A stretch of 64,000 nucleotides of DNA from Selaginella moellendorffii (taxonomy: Eukaryota > Plantae > Lycopodiophyta). The stretch's first letter is position 1; each line of letters opens with the position of its first letter. The notes under the pieces were generated by a model. That model did not search any database and was not told where the DNA came from. It worked only from the letters and a program-made list of their open reading frames with translations. This document shows, one piece after another, positions 11,120 through 25,275 of this stretch. Location: the NCBI RefSeq assembly GCF_000143415.4, contig NW_003314266.1, forward strand, positions 1,448,463 to 1,512,462, given 5' to 3'. A program made the translations under genes and the position numbers.

Positions 11120-12490
11120 TTTAGGGACGCCAGCGATATTGACGATGCCATTGAGGTCTTCCGCCAAGAACGCAAGGCAATCGAGATGTTTAGGAGCATG
11201 GACCGACAGCCGACAGCACTACTCTCCCTATCGTCCTAGGCGCTTGCTCCGAGTTCCAGAGCGGGATAGTTGTGGGGGTTGGGCTCGTGAAGATGTATTC
11301 GCGCTGTGAGGCTGCCAGAGGCCTCGATCGGATCAAGAAGAGGGACGTGATATGGTCGCGGCATATGCCCAGGGCGAGCATAGTGACCAGCTTGATCCTA
11401 TCCATTCCAGAGCTCTGGCCAGGGGCTCGATCATAGTCCAACGCGCTTGTGAGCATGTACGCCCGGTGGTTTAGGCTGGGGACCGTGTTTGGCAAGATTG
11501 AGAGCAAGAGTGTGGTCTCGTGGAATGCTATGATTGCTGCTTGTGCTCCGCAAGGGGAGGCCAAGCAAGCGCTGGAGCTTTACAAGACGGTGGAGCTGGA
11601 GTCACCTTTGCAAGCGTTTTCAAGCTGCTGGATCATCAGGCAGGAAAGTGGATCCACGATCAGGAAGCCAATGTGACCGTGTTCGATGGGATCCAGCGAT
11701 TGAGCTTTGCGAGCTCAGCGTTGCTCATGGCTTCAACTCCAACATCAAGGTCCAGAGTGCTCTCATCAGGAAGAGCAACGAACTTGACGCTGCCAGGCAA
11801 ATTTTCTGGAAAGAGAGAGCTCAGGACGTAGACGGCTTTGATAATGGCCTACATTCAGCACGGGAAGAACCAGGAAGCTGAATGGAGCCCGAAAAGTAAA
11901 ATGCCAGGAAAGATGGATCCAGCGACAGCGTTCATCAACATGTACCGCAGGCTCGAGCGAGGATACAAAGGTGGTCGGGGTGTGGAGCAAGTGCCTGTTT
12001 GGAGCTCAGGGATTTGGAGGAAGGATTTTGATCTAGGCGTACTTTCAAGGTGGTGACGCTCTACCGGCTGATGATCGTGGAAGGAGTCCAGTCGACCTAG
12101 TATAGTACGGTAGAGCGTTCTTTTACACCCTCTAAGGTCTTCACAGACGCTGCTGTGAAGGCTGTGCTAGTCTCCATGTCTGCAAGGTGCTGGAGGAGGC
12201 TGGATCTTATGTGCCAAGTTTTCAAGCAAGTCAGCCCAGCGCAAACTGCTGGAACGCACTGCTGGCACCTTATGCCCAGGTAGGTCGGAAGTGATCCGGC
12301 TATACAGGGAGATGAGCTCCGCAGGGATCAAACTGGACTTGTGCTAGCTCTTGGTGCTTGCTCGGCTTGGGGCCCAAGCTCACAACCAGGTTGACGCTGC
12401 TTTCCATCTCTTCTAGACAGCTCGTGGTGACCTGGAATGCCATGATCACGGCTTATGCTCAAAACGAAAATGCTCCAGATCTCCCCGAAA
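11120..12490 (+). pseudogene. PLS-class pentatricopeptide repeat (PPR) gene remnant
   Basis: Fragments NALVSMYAR...VFGKIESKSVVSWNAMIAACAPQGEAKQALELY and VVTWNAMITAYAQN, with numerous frameshifts and stops. Confidence 0.8.
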
Positions 12491-12535
12491 AGGTAAAAGG
12501 CTGCCGTTAGATCAAGGGATGGTCAAGACCTGATA

Positions 12536-13582
12536 TGTTGAGGTATATGCTCTTTATGACATGATCCTAGGTGGCAGTAATGCCACTTCACTGATCCAGG
12601 TATAGGCTAGAGGCATGTCTCTTGATCATGTATATATATCTATGATGTTATATATGACAATCCTTCAAGTCATCTTTGCTTCCACATATCTTCTTTCATG
12701 GTATCAGAGCCCTGAGGGCTCCAGATCCGGCACTGGCTGAGGAGGAGGCTAGCAAGGATGATGATGAGCCCCCAGCCGTGGTTGAGAGGTGCCAAGATTT
12801 GGCACTGCGCTGCACTGAGCGCCAAGATAAAGGCACTAGCAAGCTGAGCAAGCCACTAGGGCATGATCGAGCAAAGACCAGCCCAGAGGTGCTGGCAGAG
12901 GCACTGAGAGAGGGTTGGCATAAGGCATTGAGCGGTACTGGAGCTCTAAGTGATGTGTGCTAGGGTGTGAGAGAGCAGCTCTGAGGTGCTGAGAGAGGCA
13001 TTGAGAAGAGGCACTGGCTGAGGCACTGACAAAGGCGCTGAGAGGAGGCACCGAGCAGAGACTGCACTAGGGTGCTGAGCAAGGCACTAAGGTGTTGAGG
13101 TGTTGAGAGAGGAGGGAGAGAGCTGTTAGGACTCTGGCCGAGGAGGCTTGATCAAGGCTGAGATGATGGGAGCTTCAGCCAAGGACAGTGATAAATCAGA
13201 GGTATTCTGTGGTCCATCCTTGCTGTGTTTAGACAGGTGTTTCCTAGAGGGAGATCCTGAGAGGCGGCCATGGGACGATCCATGAGGTAGAGAGCTGTGG
13301 GTTCCAGAGAGGCAGAGGTATAAGTTACAGATTTCTGTTGTGGATATGATAGAGTGCTTAGATGCAGAGGGAGAGTGATCTCAGATTTATGTCATCGAGA
13401 TTGAGAGGGAGTGTTGAGGTATATGCTCTCTATGACATGATCCTAGGTGGCAGTAGTGCCACTTCACTGATCCAGGTATAGGCTAGAGGCGTGTCTCTTG
13501 ATCATGTTTATATATCTATGATGTTGTGTATGATGATCCTTTGAGTCATCCTCGTCCATTGTAGCTTCTGCATATCTCTTCA
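12536..13582 (+). mobile_element. TRIM-like non-autonomous LTR element (1047 bp)
   Basis: TG...CA LTRs at 12536-12698 and 13412-13582 (similar, diverged). TSD TGATA at 12531-12535 and 13583-13587. Perfect PBS TGGTATCAGAGCC at 12699-12711; PPT GAGAGGGAG. No recognisable pol coding inside. Confidence 0.92.
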
Positions 13583-16500
13583 TGATAGGCATGGCCCAAT
13601 CTCCTCATCAGAGCCCAGATGGGATGAAACCATCCCACACGAATGTGATCCATGAATGAGTGAATCACATGGAGAACAAGAGAAGAGAAGAAAGGAAAGG
13701 ATGATATGTTTGCTTTTGTCCATACAGTTTTATGCCAAATATGAATTATGACATCTTAAATATGGATTGCCCTTAAGTGGTAAACTGAAACAAGAATTTT
13801 ATTTAAGAAGCTTATTTATCAATTTCTTTCAGTGGTTATTAGACTTTTTTATTAACATGCTTCCTTTTATGTATTTGATGGTGAGGTTTGATAAAGGTTT
13901 GGTTTTATCATCCTTGCTATAACACCCTAATAGTAGGACATTTTGGCTTCTAAGATATTGGAATTGGTTTAATAATTGTTTTGGTGGCCTCATATGTGGA
14001 AGTAATGTTGACAACTTCATCTATATGTGTTGGCAAATTAAAATGTCTCAACATGTTTCATTTAGTCTTTTCTAGGCACTTCTTGAGCCTTGAAATTCTA
14101 TGTATATGGATTTCCTTATTAATCTTTCATCTTTTTGAGGATTTGACATTATTGTGATCGGTTTTCTAAAATGGTATATTTCTTGCCATGTTAAAAGATA
14201 ATTGATGGAAAGCAGCTACTTGAGATTATTTATAAGGAGTTCTTCTTGCTTCATGGATTGCTAAATAATCTTATCAATGATTGTGGTTTTAAATTTGTTT
14301 CCACATTTTAGCATTAATTTCTTTTCTTCCTTTGCATCAAAATTAAGTTGTTGACTTTTTATCATCTTGAGACTGATGGATAGTTGAGCAATATCTTAGA
14401 TTCTGATGATTAAGTTAATCATTTTCCTTTTAATACTCTTCAATATATCACTCTTTATTGTTTGTCAACAATGTCTTTCATCCTTATTGAGGTTTATAAA
14501 CAACTTTATTGTTCTTCATGTTATTGCTTTAAATTTTTTTCATAAGGAAGTTCACCTTATGTCTAAACTGCTTATCACTAGATTATCACTAGACACTCTT
14601 GCCAAGTTAATATTTCTTTTTAAGATGGATTTAAGGTTTAATTTTCATCCATCATTGAAAGACCACTCATCCTAACTGTTAGTGATCAATTGTAACCATA
14701 GTTTTCTCTTTTCATAGATTTCTCAAGTTTTTTGAAGTTTTGAGTGTTTATATGGAAGAAAAAAAGGTTTCAAAAGAATATTTGAGATATTCCAAAGGAT
14801 CCTAGCAATCAATGGTTAGAGATGATGCTGTGGCATGAGAGAAGAAATGAAGAGCTAGAGGCCTAGTAGTGCACATATGTAGTTACCAGGCAAATAAAGG
14901 TTTGGAGAAGGTTGGATTAATTGCCTTTGGTGAGTGAGTAGAGGGTAGAGATTGTGTGCCTTCACTATGGGTAGATATGGGTGAGATTGCTAGCCGATTT
15001 ATTGGTTGAGCTATTAGAGAATGAATAAAATGGCAAGCTTCTCATTCCTATATAGATCCTTGGTAGATTCTTGGATGTGTGTGTTTGGTGTTGGCATTTT
15101 TGGTGCATTAGTTAGGAGTTGCATTTGTGAGTGGCAAAGCTAAGTAAAGAAGGCTAAATTTTGGCAACAGAGCAGTAGCTCGTGTATGCATAGCAATAAA
15201 CAATAGTAGAAACAGACAGAAAAAGCCCTTAAAGATTTTCTTAAGAGGGAGAAAAGAGAATAAGAAAAAAAATAGAGTAAATAGATTCACTAACAAGCAG
15301 TTGTATACAGCCTCTAGCTCAGAGGTAATGCCATCAAAATCAATTGAAGAGATAGAAAGACTTGACGAAGTATGAGGACCCTTCCAAAACTCACCACCAC
15401 CTTTATAGCAATAACAACCACTATTACAGTCCTGACTAATGGCATAGCAAGCTTCAGCAATGACAAGTTGGATGAAGTACCCTAGCTACATAACATTCAG
15501 TGACCCAGATGAGCATATAACAACTTTTGAGAATGTGAGTACAAAAATAGTGAGTAGACTTTGTGCCAAAGATTTTTTCCAGTAATGCTGAAAGATGTCA
15601 CTGCTGAGTGGTATGCTGCGGCAATGGCATGAGAAGCTTTTGCAGACTAGGATACCTTGAAGAAAGCATTTTTAAATGCTTTAAGACTTGCAGGATTTCA
15701 TCAAAGAGTAAGTGACAAGCTTAACACAATCACCTTACAGCTAGGAGAAATTATACAAAGGTACATAATTGAGGTTCTAGAGGCTGTTATCAAAAAAGGA
15801 TCTAGCTCCTATAGCAAATGATCAAATGAGATATTTTTGGGAAGGTTTACCTAAGAATGCTTCTTTTTATGTAAACTGGCAGATCTGAATGCAACTATAA
15901 CTTTGGTTTCACATTATGAGTAAGTAAAGCTCCTAACTTGGTAAGGACAACTTCAAGCATCTATTGTTGGTAGAGGAATTATACAGCCAGTGGGATTAGA
16001 TTATTTACATTTGGGAGTAATACCTAGACCTGTGAATTCAGTAGTAGTGGCTCAAACTTTAATTCCAACAGTAACAACTTTAATTCTAGCAATAGCTTCA
16101 GCATTAGTAGTTGCTCCTTCTATCCAGCCTCAAGTTGTAGAAACTTCATGAGAGACATAAATCAGTAAAGGTTAAAAAGGATCTAATAGAAGGGTTGATA
16201 AAGAAAATGGGAGATATACAACTTAATTAGCTACAAGGTGCTCAAAATCAGCCACAGCCAATGAGAGAATGTCAAGATGTTTGATATGTGAGTGTAAAAA
16301 CTCTAGTCACTATCCTGGTGAGTGTTTAGTGTAACAAAGAAGACTAGTTTATCAGTACTATAGACAAATGTCACAAATATAACTGTGGTATTGAAAATTA
16401 TTTGTCGACTAGTCTTTTTAGATATTCTTTCCTTACTGCCACAATAGCAAGAGGTTAGTATTGCTAAATCTTTTTTCAGTCTCCACTCAAGCTAGTTGAG

Positions 16501-17284
16501 AAATTGGTTTTTATGTGTACATTTAGCTAGAAGAGCATAAAGATGAAATTTCTAAGTCCTAAGTTCCACTCTTACTAGTGGGTGGAATACCCATTTTCTA
16601 GCATTAGGCTACTGATATGTTGAACTAGCCCAGTATATGACATATGACACATAGATTTAGGTTCTACTTTGCAATTATCTTATAATAAATCACTATAAGA
16701 TAAAGAGTGAAAACTACATGCACTGCATTTAGTATTAGAGGATGACTCTTAGCAAGTACTATCCAATGATATTTGGGTAACTAGTCTCATTACATACGTA
16801 GAGATGAAAACTATGATCTGAGTGGATATACATTTGGGTGTTATGACTTCGCATTCATTCCTTGGGTTTTGATTTTGGTTACCTTTTTATACCATATTAT
16901 GTGAGTTTGCTTTTGGGCTCATAAGATGGATTGAGATGTACCATTTTTATGAGCTTGTGTTTGGCTCATGAGTGAGGGACATTAACAATTTAAGGTTATA
17001 TTTTGAGTTGGCAGAATTAATATTTGCTTATCAGTGGTTGCATGAGTTGCTCCATGTTATCGTGAGTAAAAGTAAATCTCCCCTAGGTTTGCTATGAGTT
17101 CAAAGTGGAAGTCCAACAAGCGTAACATGTTTGGACTAAAGGCTCTAACATGGAAATTCAAGAGTGGGAGTGGAACTCCGAACAAAGTGCTCAAAGGATA
17201 AGCACAAAGAAATCGGTGAATGAGTCTCTATAAAGGGACACAACAAGGACTAATACATGGCAAGTGTCATGACAAATGGAAGTG

Positions 17285-17520
17285 TTAGAAACGAGTCCAA
17301 AAAAGAGTTCAAGAAGGAGTCTAAAATAAAGTCTGATATAGAACTGAGATGGAGTCCAATATGGACCCGAGATGGAGTCTGAGATGAACTTGAGATGGAG
17401 TCCAAAATGGACCCGAGATGGACCCGAGATGGAGTCCGAGATGGACCCAAGATAGAGCTTGAGGTTGAGTCCAAGATGGATCTGGTCAAGTCTAAATCCA
17501 AGTCTGAGTCCAAGTCCGAG
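17285..17520. repeat. Degenerate minisatellite of 10/12-bp units (GAGATGGAGTCC / GAGATGGACCC)
   Basis: Repeated gagatggagtcc, gagatggaccc and gagtccaa units are directly visible. Confidence 0.7.
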
Positions 17521-20500
17521 GGTAAAAGCCCAAAGCGATCATCTCCCAGACCCTAGGGGGTTTGGTGAGCTCCAAAAGTATAATAAAGGGAGGACTCAAG
17601 TGGTGCCAGTTTTGCCAAGAGAGGATAATGTGACCAAGAAAAGCTATACTTACATATTGAGTGATGATATAACTATTGAGGAGTCTAAAGCTAGAGTGAA
17701 CATAAATAAACAAACAGGATAGATTAGTGAAGTGTTCAAGTTTTGCTCCCTTAAAAAATCAAATAGTTGATGCTCCCAATCCAAGTGTGGGTGGCATTAC
17801 CTACTTCGATACCTAGTGTGGCTCATCAGAACCTCACTCTAGCCACATGGTTAAAGCATCTAAGGGTGAAAAGTGGGGAGAGTATCTATGAGGTTCGCGT
17901 AAGGCTATAGTGTTTCAAAATATCATCCCAAAGTCCCAAATTGTGGAAAGGAAGAGGAAGAGTCTTCTGGTGTAGTGACTAAGGATATAGTCATATGGTG
18001 AAGAAGTCCTAAAGGATAGTGAGACTTAATGGTTAGGCTTTTGGGCTTTGATTTAGTGGCAGTCTTTACAAGCATGGCTGTGGATGAAAAGGGATTTGGT
18101 GGGGACAGAAGAAAGGATATTGAGGAAGAGTGTTCCCCATTCTTTAGGCATTTTAAGGGTGCTAAGGTATGGTTAAGGGATAATAGACAGATGGACCAGT
18201 TTTTGAGAGACAAGACTATGATGTAGGTGGTTTTGGATTACTGATGTGACAAAGGTGAATGAACATGGTCTTAGCGTAACGAGCTGATATGTTAGTGGTA
18301 CCTTTGGGTGTCAGTCATGGGATCAAACATGAAGAGCACTTGGACAAAGTGTAAATGCTAAGTGGCAGAAATGCCATTCACGAAGCTAGATTCTTGAATA
18401 GGACTTATGGAGGTGGTGAGTAAAACTCCTCTAAATAGTCAAAAGTGTGGTTAAGTGATTAAAGTAGAATGAAAAAATTTAATCATTTATAATTTAGTAT
18501 TGAAGTTTTTCCTTAGTCTGACTTTTATTAGTGGTCAAGTTTATCACCACTTGTATTAGCATCGGAAGGTTTCGAGGGTGGGCGTATCCTTGAAGAGTAG
18601 CATGTTGAGAGGGTATGACTCTTCACCTTAGTTCATACGTGAACATGTTGGCAATGTGGTAGATGAAAAGGGGCCAATTTTGGAACAACTTTTCTTAGGA
18701 ACACTATAAAGTCTTTTTAAGAGAGTTGAGGATGTGATTCAAATGAGTATTTGACTTAGCAAATTGCCTAATGTGGTTGTAGTAAACAACTATAGTTGGG
18801 ATCATGGGAAAGACAAAGACTCCAAGATAATAAAGGAGTCACAAGATTATCTTCATATATTTGAGGCTAGTGCTCATAAATTTAAGACTAGAATTAATGA
18901 CCATAGGAGGTCAAATACAGATAAGGATACAAATCCTTGAAATGGTAGCCAGGGCTACTTTTAATAAATGCTAAAACAACCTAAGGAGTTAGGGGTGTAC
19001 TTTGAGGATGAGTTAGTATTCTCATCATTTGGATGGATAATCCTAAGGGGCAAAGGTAGCCCATATAGATAAAAGAATAATCAAGTGTCAAAGTAATATT
19101 TGCAAAGATGGTACTTGTGAGTAGGACATGAATACAAAAAGTTCTATTTCAGCAAGTTAACACCTTAAAAGTATAACCTTATAGGTTGTCAGATTAGCAA
19201 AGTCCAAAAGCTAGATGACTCAAGTGGAGTCAAAGAATGGTCCTAAAGGACTTGTGGAAGCATTTGGACTAAGGTGTGTTGTATCCTACAAAAAACAAGG
19301 AGGATCATAAAATCCAAGTATAAGAATAGTAGGTATCTCATTGATGGCAGAATATGCCATATTAAAGTTGTGGGAAAGTTATTTTTAGAAGAAAACAACT
19401 TTGGCATAGAGTTTGTGTAAACACTATGGTGCAGTATTAATTGATAGTTAGCATAAGAAATAATTGCTTTGGTCCTAGCAAAGACTTAGACACAAATGGA
19501 AAGTGTCGTGAGAGTAGGCTTGTACAACTGATAGGGTGGAGACCCCAAGTGTCTTAAGGGATGAAGCCTTGAAGTCAAATTGGCTGGTTTATGAAAACTT
19601 TTGCCAAAGGAATTCTAATGGAAATAAGATTAGTATAGCCAAAGTTGGAAAACATGCAATTTGAGTATGGTGACCCAAATAATGAGTTGTAGGACTTGAC
19701 AAATATGAGAAAAATAAACAAAATATGCAACATATTTAATTGGATTAGTAGAAATTAACTTCCCAAGACTTCTTATTTGGAAAAGAAGGTTAGATATATC
19801 CCTCAAGGGGATAAATTGCTTATGTTGTAATATAGTGAATCAATGTTGTAAATAAAATTGTTTGAAGGTGAAGAAACCTAATCTATGGAATTTGTGGTAC
19901 TCAAGGCCTTCATCCTCAAGAGCAGTGTCCTCACAAGCTGCAGCAAGACTGTGGCGAACAAGTGGTCAACTTATAAATTGTATTTGTTCAACTTGTGGAC
20001 TTGGATAGGACTTTCTACAAGCTAGGAAAAAGAAAGACTTACCCATTTGGATGGTTCAAGGTGCGTGACCAGGACAAGGAGATTTATATGGATCCAGATA
20101 AGGAAATTGATCCTGAAAGAATTGCAAGGCGACAGCACTAGGTTGTGAGAGAAAAACACAAGGAAGAATTCAAAGTTAGCCCTAATGGTCATCTTGATGA
20201 TTTAAAGGGATTGGGAGTAGCAAAGACTCCATCAAATCCAGCCACGGTTCTTCAAAAGGTGGGCATTTCTTCCCTTGAGCAGGTGGGCAAGGTGTTTGAG
20301 CCATATAGGGAAACTAGGGTGAAGCTGCTGAAGTCTGATAAGAGGCAGAAATTCAAACAAGTGTTAAATTTGGAAGTTGCTCCTTACAACATTCTCAAGG
20401 ATCTTGATAATTAAAACCCAATAATCACCTTTATGCATCTCCTTTAGTTAGCTCTTGGGCTTAGAAAAGTGGTCTCTGTAGCAATGAAAGCTCGTAAAGA

Positions 20501-22422
20501 AGTTGTAGTTAATTCAGCTTGGCCAATAATTATAGATATGTCAACTCTGGTGATAGATTTGGATTTGGCTAGGCAACGGATCAAGAATTGTGCATTGGAT
20601 GGAGGTAGTGGGTGAATATTATTCCCATCAAGAAGGAGTGCCAATTCCAGTTCCTTTTCATGTTCATATAGTAGATTAGAGGAGAGTCAAGCTGCTAGGT
20701 GTGCTTATAGGAATTCAGGTGGTGATAGTAGACATTTAGTTTTATGTGGATTTTGTGGTTCTCCAGATGAGTATGGGCAAGTTGACTTACCTGCTTCTTC
20801 TAAGCTGGCCATGGTTAATACAAGCTGATGTTGTGAGTCATTAGTGAAAGGGATTGATGTAAATAACCAATGGAAATGTCAAGAGGAAATTCCAAGTGAG
20901 TGTTTGTGAGGGAGTTCCAAAATCAATTCGACCTAAGGACAAAGAACTCTATGATAAGGATGATAGTTGATACTACTTTAGGAAGTGATGAGGTTGAGGC
21001 AAGTATTTCAAAGAGCTCAAGTTCTAATGAGAAAACAAGGAAGCAACTTGGGTATAGTATTCTTCCTTGCCAACTATGGTGATCTCATCTTGCCACCTTT
21101 TTAGCGTGATACTATTAGCGATTGTCTAAAGCATTGGTTGTGGAGAGGTAATATAGATTATAGCATGCTAAGGTTGATTTTTTAGAGCCAATAGATGAGG
21201 AGAAGTTGCTTGAGTATCCAGAGCATTTTTAGGTTGCAAAGGTGGTGGAAAAACCATGGAAAATTTGTGAGGAACCAGCTGTACAGGTAGGGAAGGCAAA
21301 CAGGTTTATCAAGTCTTCAGAGCTAGTGGATTTGGACCTTAGAACTGTGGAGGAGTCTCGACTAGTGAAGATAGGAGCAAAGTTGGAAGGAGAGCTAAGA
21401 GAGAAATTTGCAAAGTTGCTATACAAGTATATAGATGCTTTTGCGTGGAAATATGAAGATATGCAAAACATTGATCCTATGCTAGCTATCTATAAAATCC
21501 CTTTAATTCTCGGAGCTATTCCTATTCCTAAGAGGCCTTACAAGACCAATCCACATTATTCAAGAGTAGTGCGACAGAAGATAGAGAAGTTGTTGCAAGT
21601 GGAATTCATTTTCAAGGTGGAAATCAGTGAGTGGCTTTCTCCTATTGTCGTGGTCAAGAAGAAGAATGGACAGTTTAGGGCCTATGTAGATTATAAAAAA
21701 GCTGAACAATGCAATGACTAAGGATGGTTTTTTATTGCCATTGACTGATATAGTGTTGGATTTAGTGGCAGCATATGAGCTCTATTCTTTTCTGGATAGC
21801 TTCAGTGGTTACAGTCAAGTGTAAATAGTAGAGGAGGATCAGCTAAAGACCATTTTGTGACAAAGTGGGGTGTTGTGTATATAAAGTTATGCCTTTTCAC
21901 ATGTGCAATGCTCTAGTGACATTTCAAAGAGTAGTCACAATAGCTTTTCAGCTATATATGTATTTTATGGAGGTATTTTTGGATGATTTCAATGTATTTA
22001 CAGATCAATAGCACCACTTGGAAAAGCTGACTTTATGTTTTAATAGATGTAGGCAATTTGGGATCTTGTTAAGTCTGTTTAAGTGCAGCTTTGGAGTGAC
22101 GCATGGGGTGTTGTTGGGTCAGATTGTTTCACAAGACAGTTTAGTTATTGATCCTAGCAAGACTAAGTTGATATAAGCACTACCAGCTCCAATGGACATG
22201 AGGCAATTGCAAGCATTCTTAGGTCATATAGGATATCATCTCAAGTTTGTGCAGAGTTATGCAGAGAAAGCTTTCCCTCTAATGGAATTGTTACGCAAAG
22301 ATGTAAAGTATGAGTGGATAGACTATTGATAACAAGCTTTTAAGGTGTTGAAGCAAGCTTTGATCACAGCTCCAATTTTGAACTAGTCTTGAAACTTTCA
22401 TGTTCATGTGGATGCTTTAGTA

Positions 22423-22997
22423 TGTAAACTCCTTTTGAATTTAGACTTCTTGAGATGTCATCTAGCCTAGTACTATTCAAACCTAAGGACATTTAACCCT
22501 AAGTATCCCAAGATCCTTAATCGATTGGAAAGGGTGCACTCTTCTTTATAAGCCCTTTCCCTTTATATTTGAACCCCATGGATCATTCTTAAACTTGTTC
22601 TTTTTAGTTGCTTATAATTCATCACACTTCCTTGCAAGTTCACACCCTTATGAATGGAAGTTGAGAGCTATAACTCTCTTGACACCTTACCCCTTGGGTC
22701 AAGCCCAATTGGAGTAAATTGGACTTGCTAAATATCCATTAACATATAGTGTGATTCTTCCAAAAAATACTAAAAACCCAAAACCCCCTTTAATACTAAA
22801 TGTAAACTCCTCCTAAATTAAAATTTCCTAAATTAAAAAAGAGGTCACCCACTATTCAAATCCAAGGACGCTTAACCCCAAATATCCCAAGATATTTAAT
22901 CGATTGGAAAAGGGGTACACTCTTGTTCATAGGCCCTTTCCTTTTATATTTGAACCCTATGGATCATTCATTAAATTGTTCTTTTTAGTTGCTTACA
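22423..22997 (-). mobile_element. TRIM (575 bp) nested in the RNase H region of the gypsy element
   Basis: Direct repeats at 22423-22616 and 22801-22997 (TGTAAAC...GCTTAYA). TSD TAGTA at 22418-22422 and 22998-23002. The minus strand has a decayed Met PBS (TAGTATTAAAG) next to the right repeat and a purine tract next to the left repeat. Confidence 0.85.
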
Positions 22998-25275
22998 TAG
23001 TAGTGGCAATTAACTTAGTTTTATGCTAACCTTTAGAGGATGGATGGGATCATCCTCTTAGTTATGATAAATAACAGCTCTTATCACTATCTACTAGGAA
23101 AGGAGTTTGTTTTTTATTTGGATCATCAGGCCTTGAAATATCTTATTTTAAAGTTGTGTAGGATATAAAGGGTGACATGGTGGCTTTTGATTTTACAAGA
23201 ATTTTAATTCAAGAGTGTGTTGAAGCCTGGACAAAGTCATAATATGCTTGATCATCTTTCAAAGATTCCAACTGATGGAATTACTAAAGTGGATGATGAG
23301 CTTCTAGATACTTAGTTTTTTCAGATGATTAGTGAGGAGCAAGTGGATGTAAAAGTTTTCCAAGTCGAAGCAATACCTAAGTGGTACTATGAGGTGGCAT
23401 AGTTCTTGTTGAGTGGCAAATATCTTTTGAACTTTTCTAGTAAAGAGAAGAAGTGGTTACTTCTTCAATCTCAATGCTTCACTTTGATTATTGGGCAACT
23501 ATACCATGTGGGAAATAATGGAGTGTTGCAGCTATGTATGTGAGCTCATGAGGTATCTCAAGTTATTTCTGTATGTCATGACTCACCTTTTAGAGGATAT
23601 TTTTTGTGAGGAAGCTACGATGAAGTTGGTAAAGAGGACAGAATATTGGTGGTCGACTATGTACTAGGATATTTCAAAGTATATGAGAGGTTGTGATCCA
23701 TGTCAAAGGACAGAAAAACTATCAAGAAGAGATATAATGCAATTTTAGCCACTTTTGTCGGTGTTGCCATTTGAGAAATGGGGAATTTATTTTGTTGGGC
23801 CTTTTCCAACAAACAAGCATACTCATTGCAAATATATGCTTGTTTATATTGATTACGTGACTAAGTGGGCTAAGGTAAAAGCATTAAAGAAAGCTATAGG
23901 CAGAAAAGTTGTTGAGTTTTTGTACGAGCAAGTTATTACCAAGTTCAATTGTCTTTTGGAATTAGTTAGTGATAGAGGTTCTCATTTCTTAAACAAAGTG
24001 GTAGCTGCACTCATTGAACTTTATCGTTTGAAGCACAAGAAATCTACTCTATGTTATCCTTGTTGCAATGGATAAGTGGAGCAAACAAATGGTACTCTTT
24101 ATACTATTATTTCAAAGATGAGTTTAGCTAGTAGATTGGACTAGGACAAGTGGCTGTTAGATGTAGTCTGGGCTTATAGAGTTGCCTTCAAAGTGACAAT
24201 GCAGTATTCACTATTCTAGTTGGTGTATAATCAAAAAGCAATTCTTCCAATCGAGCTAGAAATTCTTTCTCTTTAGCTAGCTATTGAGCATGACTTGGAT
24301 TGAAATGGAGCAGTAAAAAAACAAGTTACAATAGTTGGATCACTTGGATGAAAAGAGATTGTTACCATTCCAAGTTGGGGAGGTGATGCAAAAATGTAGG
24401 AAAGCTTGGCATGATTGTCATCTTTGTACGAAAGAGTTTATAGTGGGTGATAAAGTGCTACTTTATGATTTAAAGTATTGGAAGAGGCCATAAAAACTTA
24501 AGTGCAAATGGATTGGGCTATATTTAATGGCAAATTTTTTTCAGAATGGCTCAATTCAGCTTTAGGATTTCTTTAGAAATTTTCTACTTAGTGAAAAAAA
24601 TTTTTTAGCAGAGTTCTTTGTGCCCCAAGGACTCAGCACCAACTATCGTGGTGTGTGATGTCAGTGATCAATTATAGTTGTGGTTTTCTCTTTTCACAAA
24701 TTTCTCAAGTTTTTTGAAGTTTTGAGTGTTTACATGAAGAAAAAGAGGATCCAAAAGAATATTCAAGATATTCCAGTAGTGTACAGATGTAATTATCAAG
24801 TAAATGAGGGTCTAGAGGAGAATAGATGCGCTTAGCGAGTGAACAAAGGGTAAAGACTATGTCCCCTCATTATGGACAAATATAAGTGAGATTGTTAGTT
24901 GATTTGTTGGCTGAGTTATTAGAGAATGAAAAAGATGACAGGCTTCTCATTCTTATATAGCTCCTTAGTAGTTTCTTGGGTGTGTGTGCTTGGTGTTGGC
25001 ATTAATAACAAATTATGTACTCTCTACTCTATTATACTTTTAAAGTCACTCATCAACCCAATCTTCCTTCATTTATAGGTATGCATTTGGTGTTTTATAT
25101 GTTTTATTAAAATTATATCATGCCACTTTAATCTTGTTTATGTTCCACCACCACCATCTCCTTCTAAGGTCACTGCTATCAAGTTAAAGTTTAAAATTGT
25201 TTTAACTAAGTACTAGTACCAAAAGCTTTATTATTTAATTGGCTAGCTTAGATATTCTCTTAGTGATAGTATTTT

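Larger units (their letters stand above)
14677..25001 (+). mobile_element. Decayed near full-length Ty3/gypsy retrotransposon, no chromodomain seen
   Basis: Diverged LTRs at 14677-15096 and 24659-25001 (TG...GGCA). Possible decayed TSD CTAAC/TTAAT. Gag remnants ~15450-16330, protease (ALDGGSG) ~20590, RT (YIDAFAWKYEDM, SEWLSPIVVVKKKNG, FLDDF) 21240-22100, RNase H, and integrase (PFEKWGIYFVGP, LVSDRGSHF) 23500-24560. Order PR-RT-RH-INT. Many stops. Confidence 0.88.

Noticed and set aside
13600-14676. Possible LINE or other TE coding remnant
   Set aside because: AT-rich with many stops and no diagnostic motif that I could read.
17285-17520. Repeat array as a possible CRISPR
   Set aside because: Short degenerate tandem units with no spacers, in a eukaryotic retrotransposon context.
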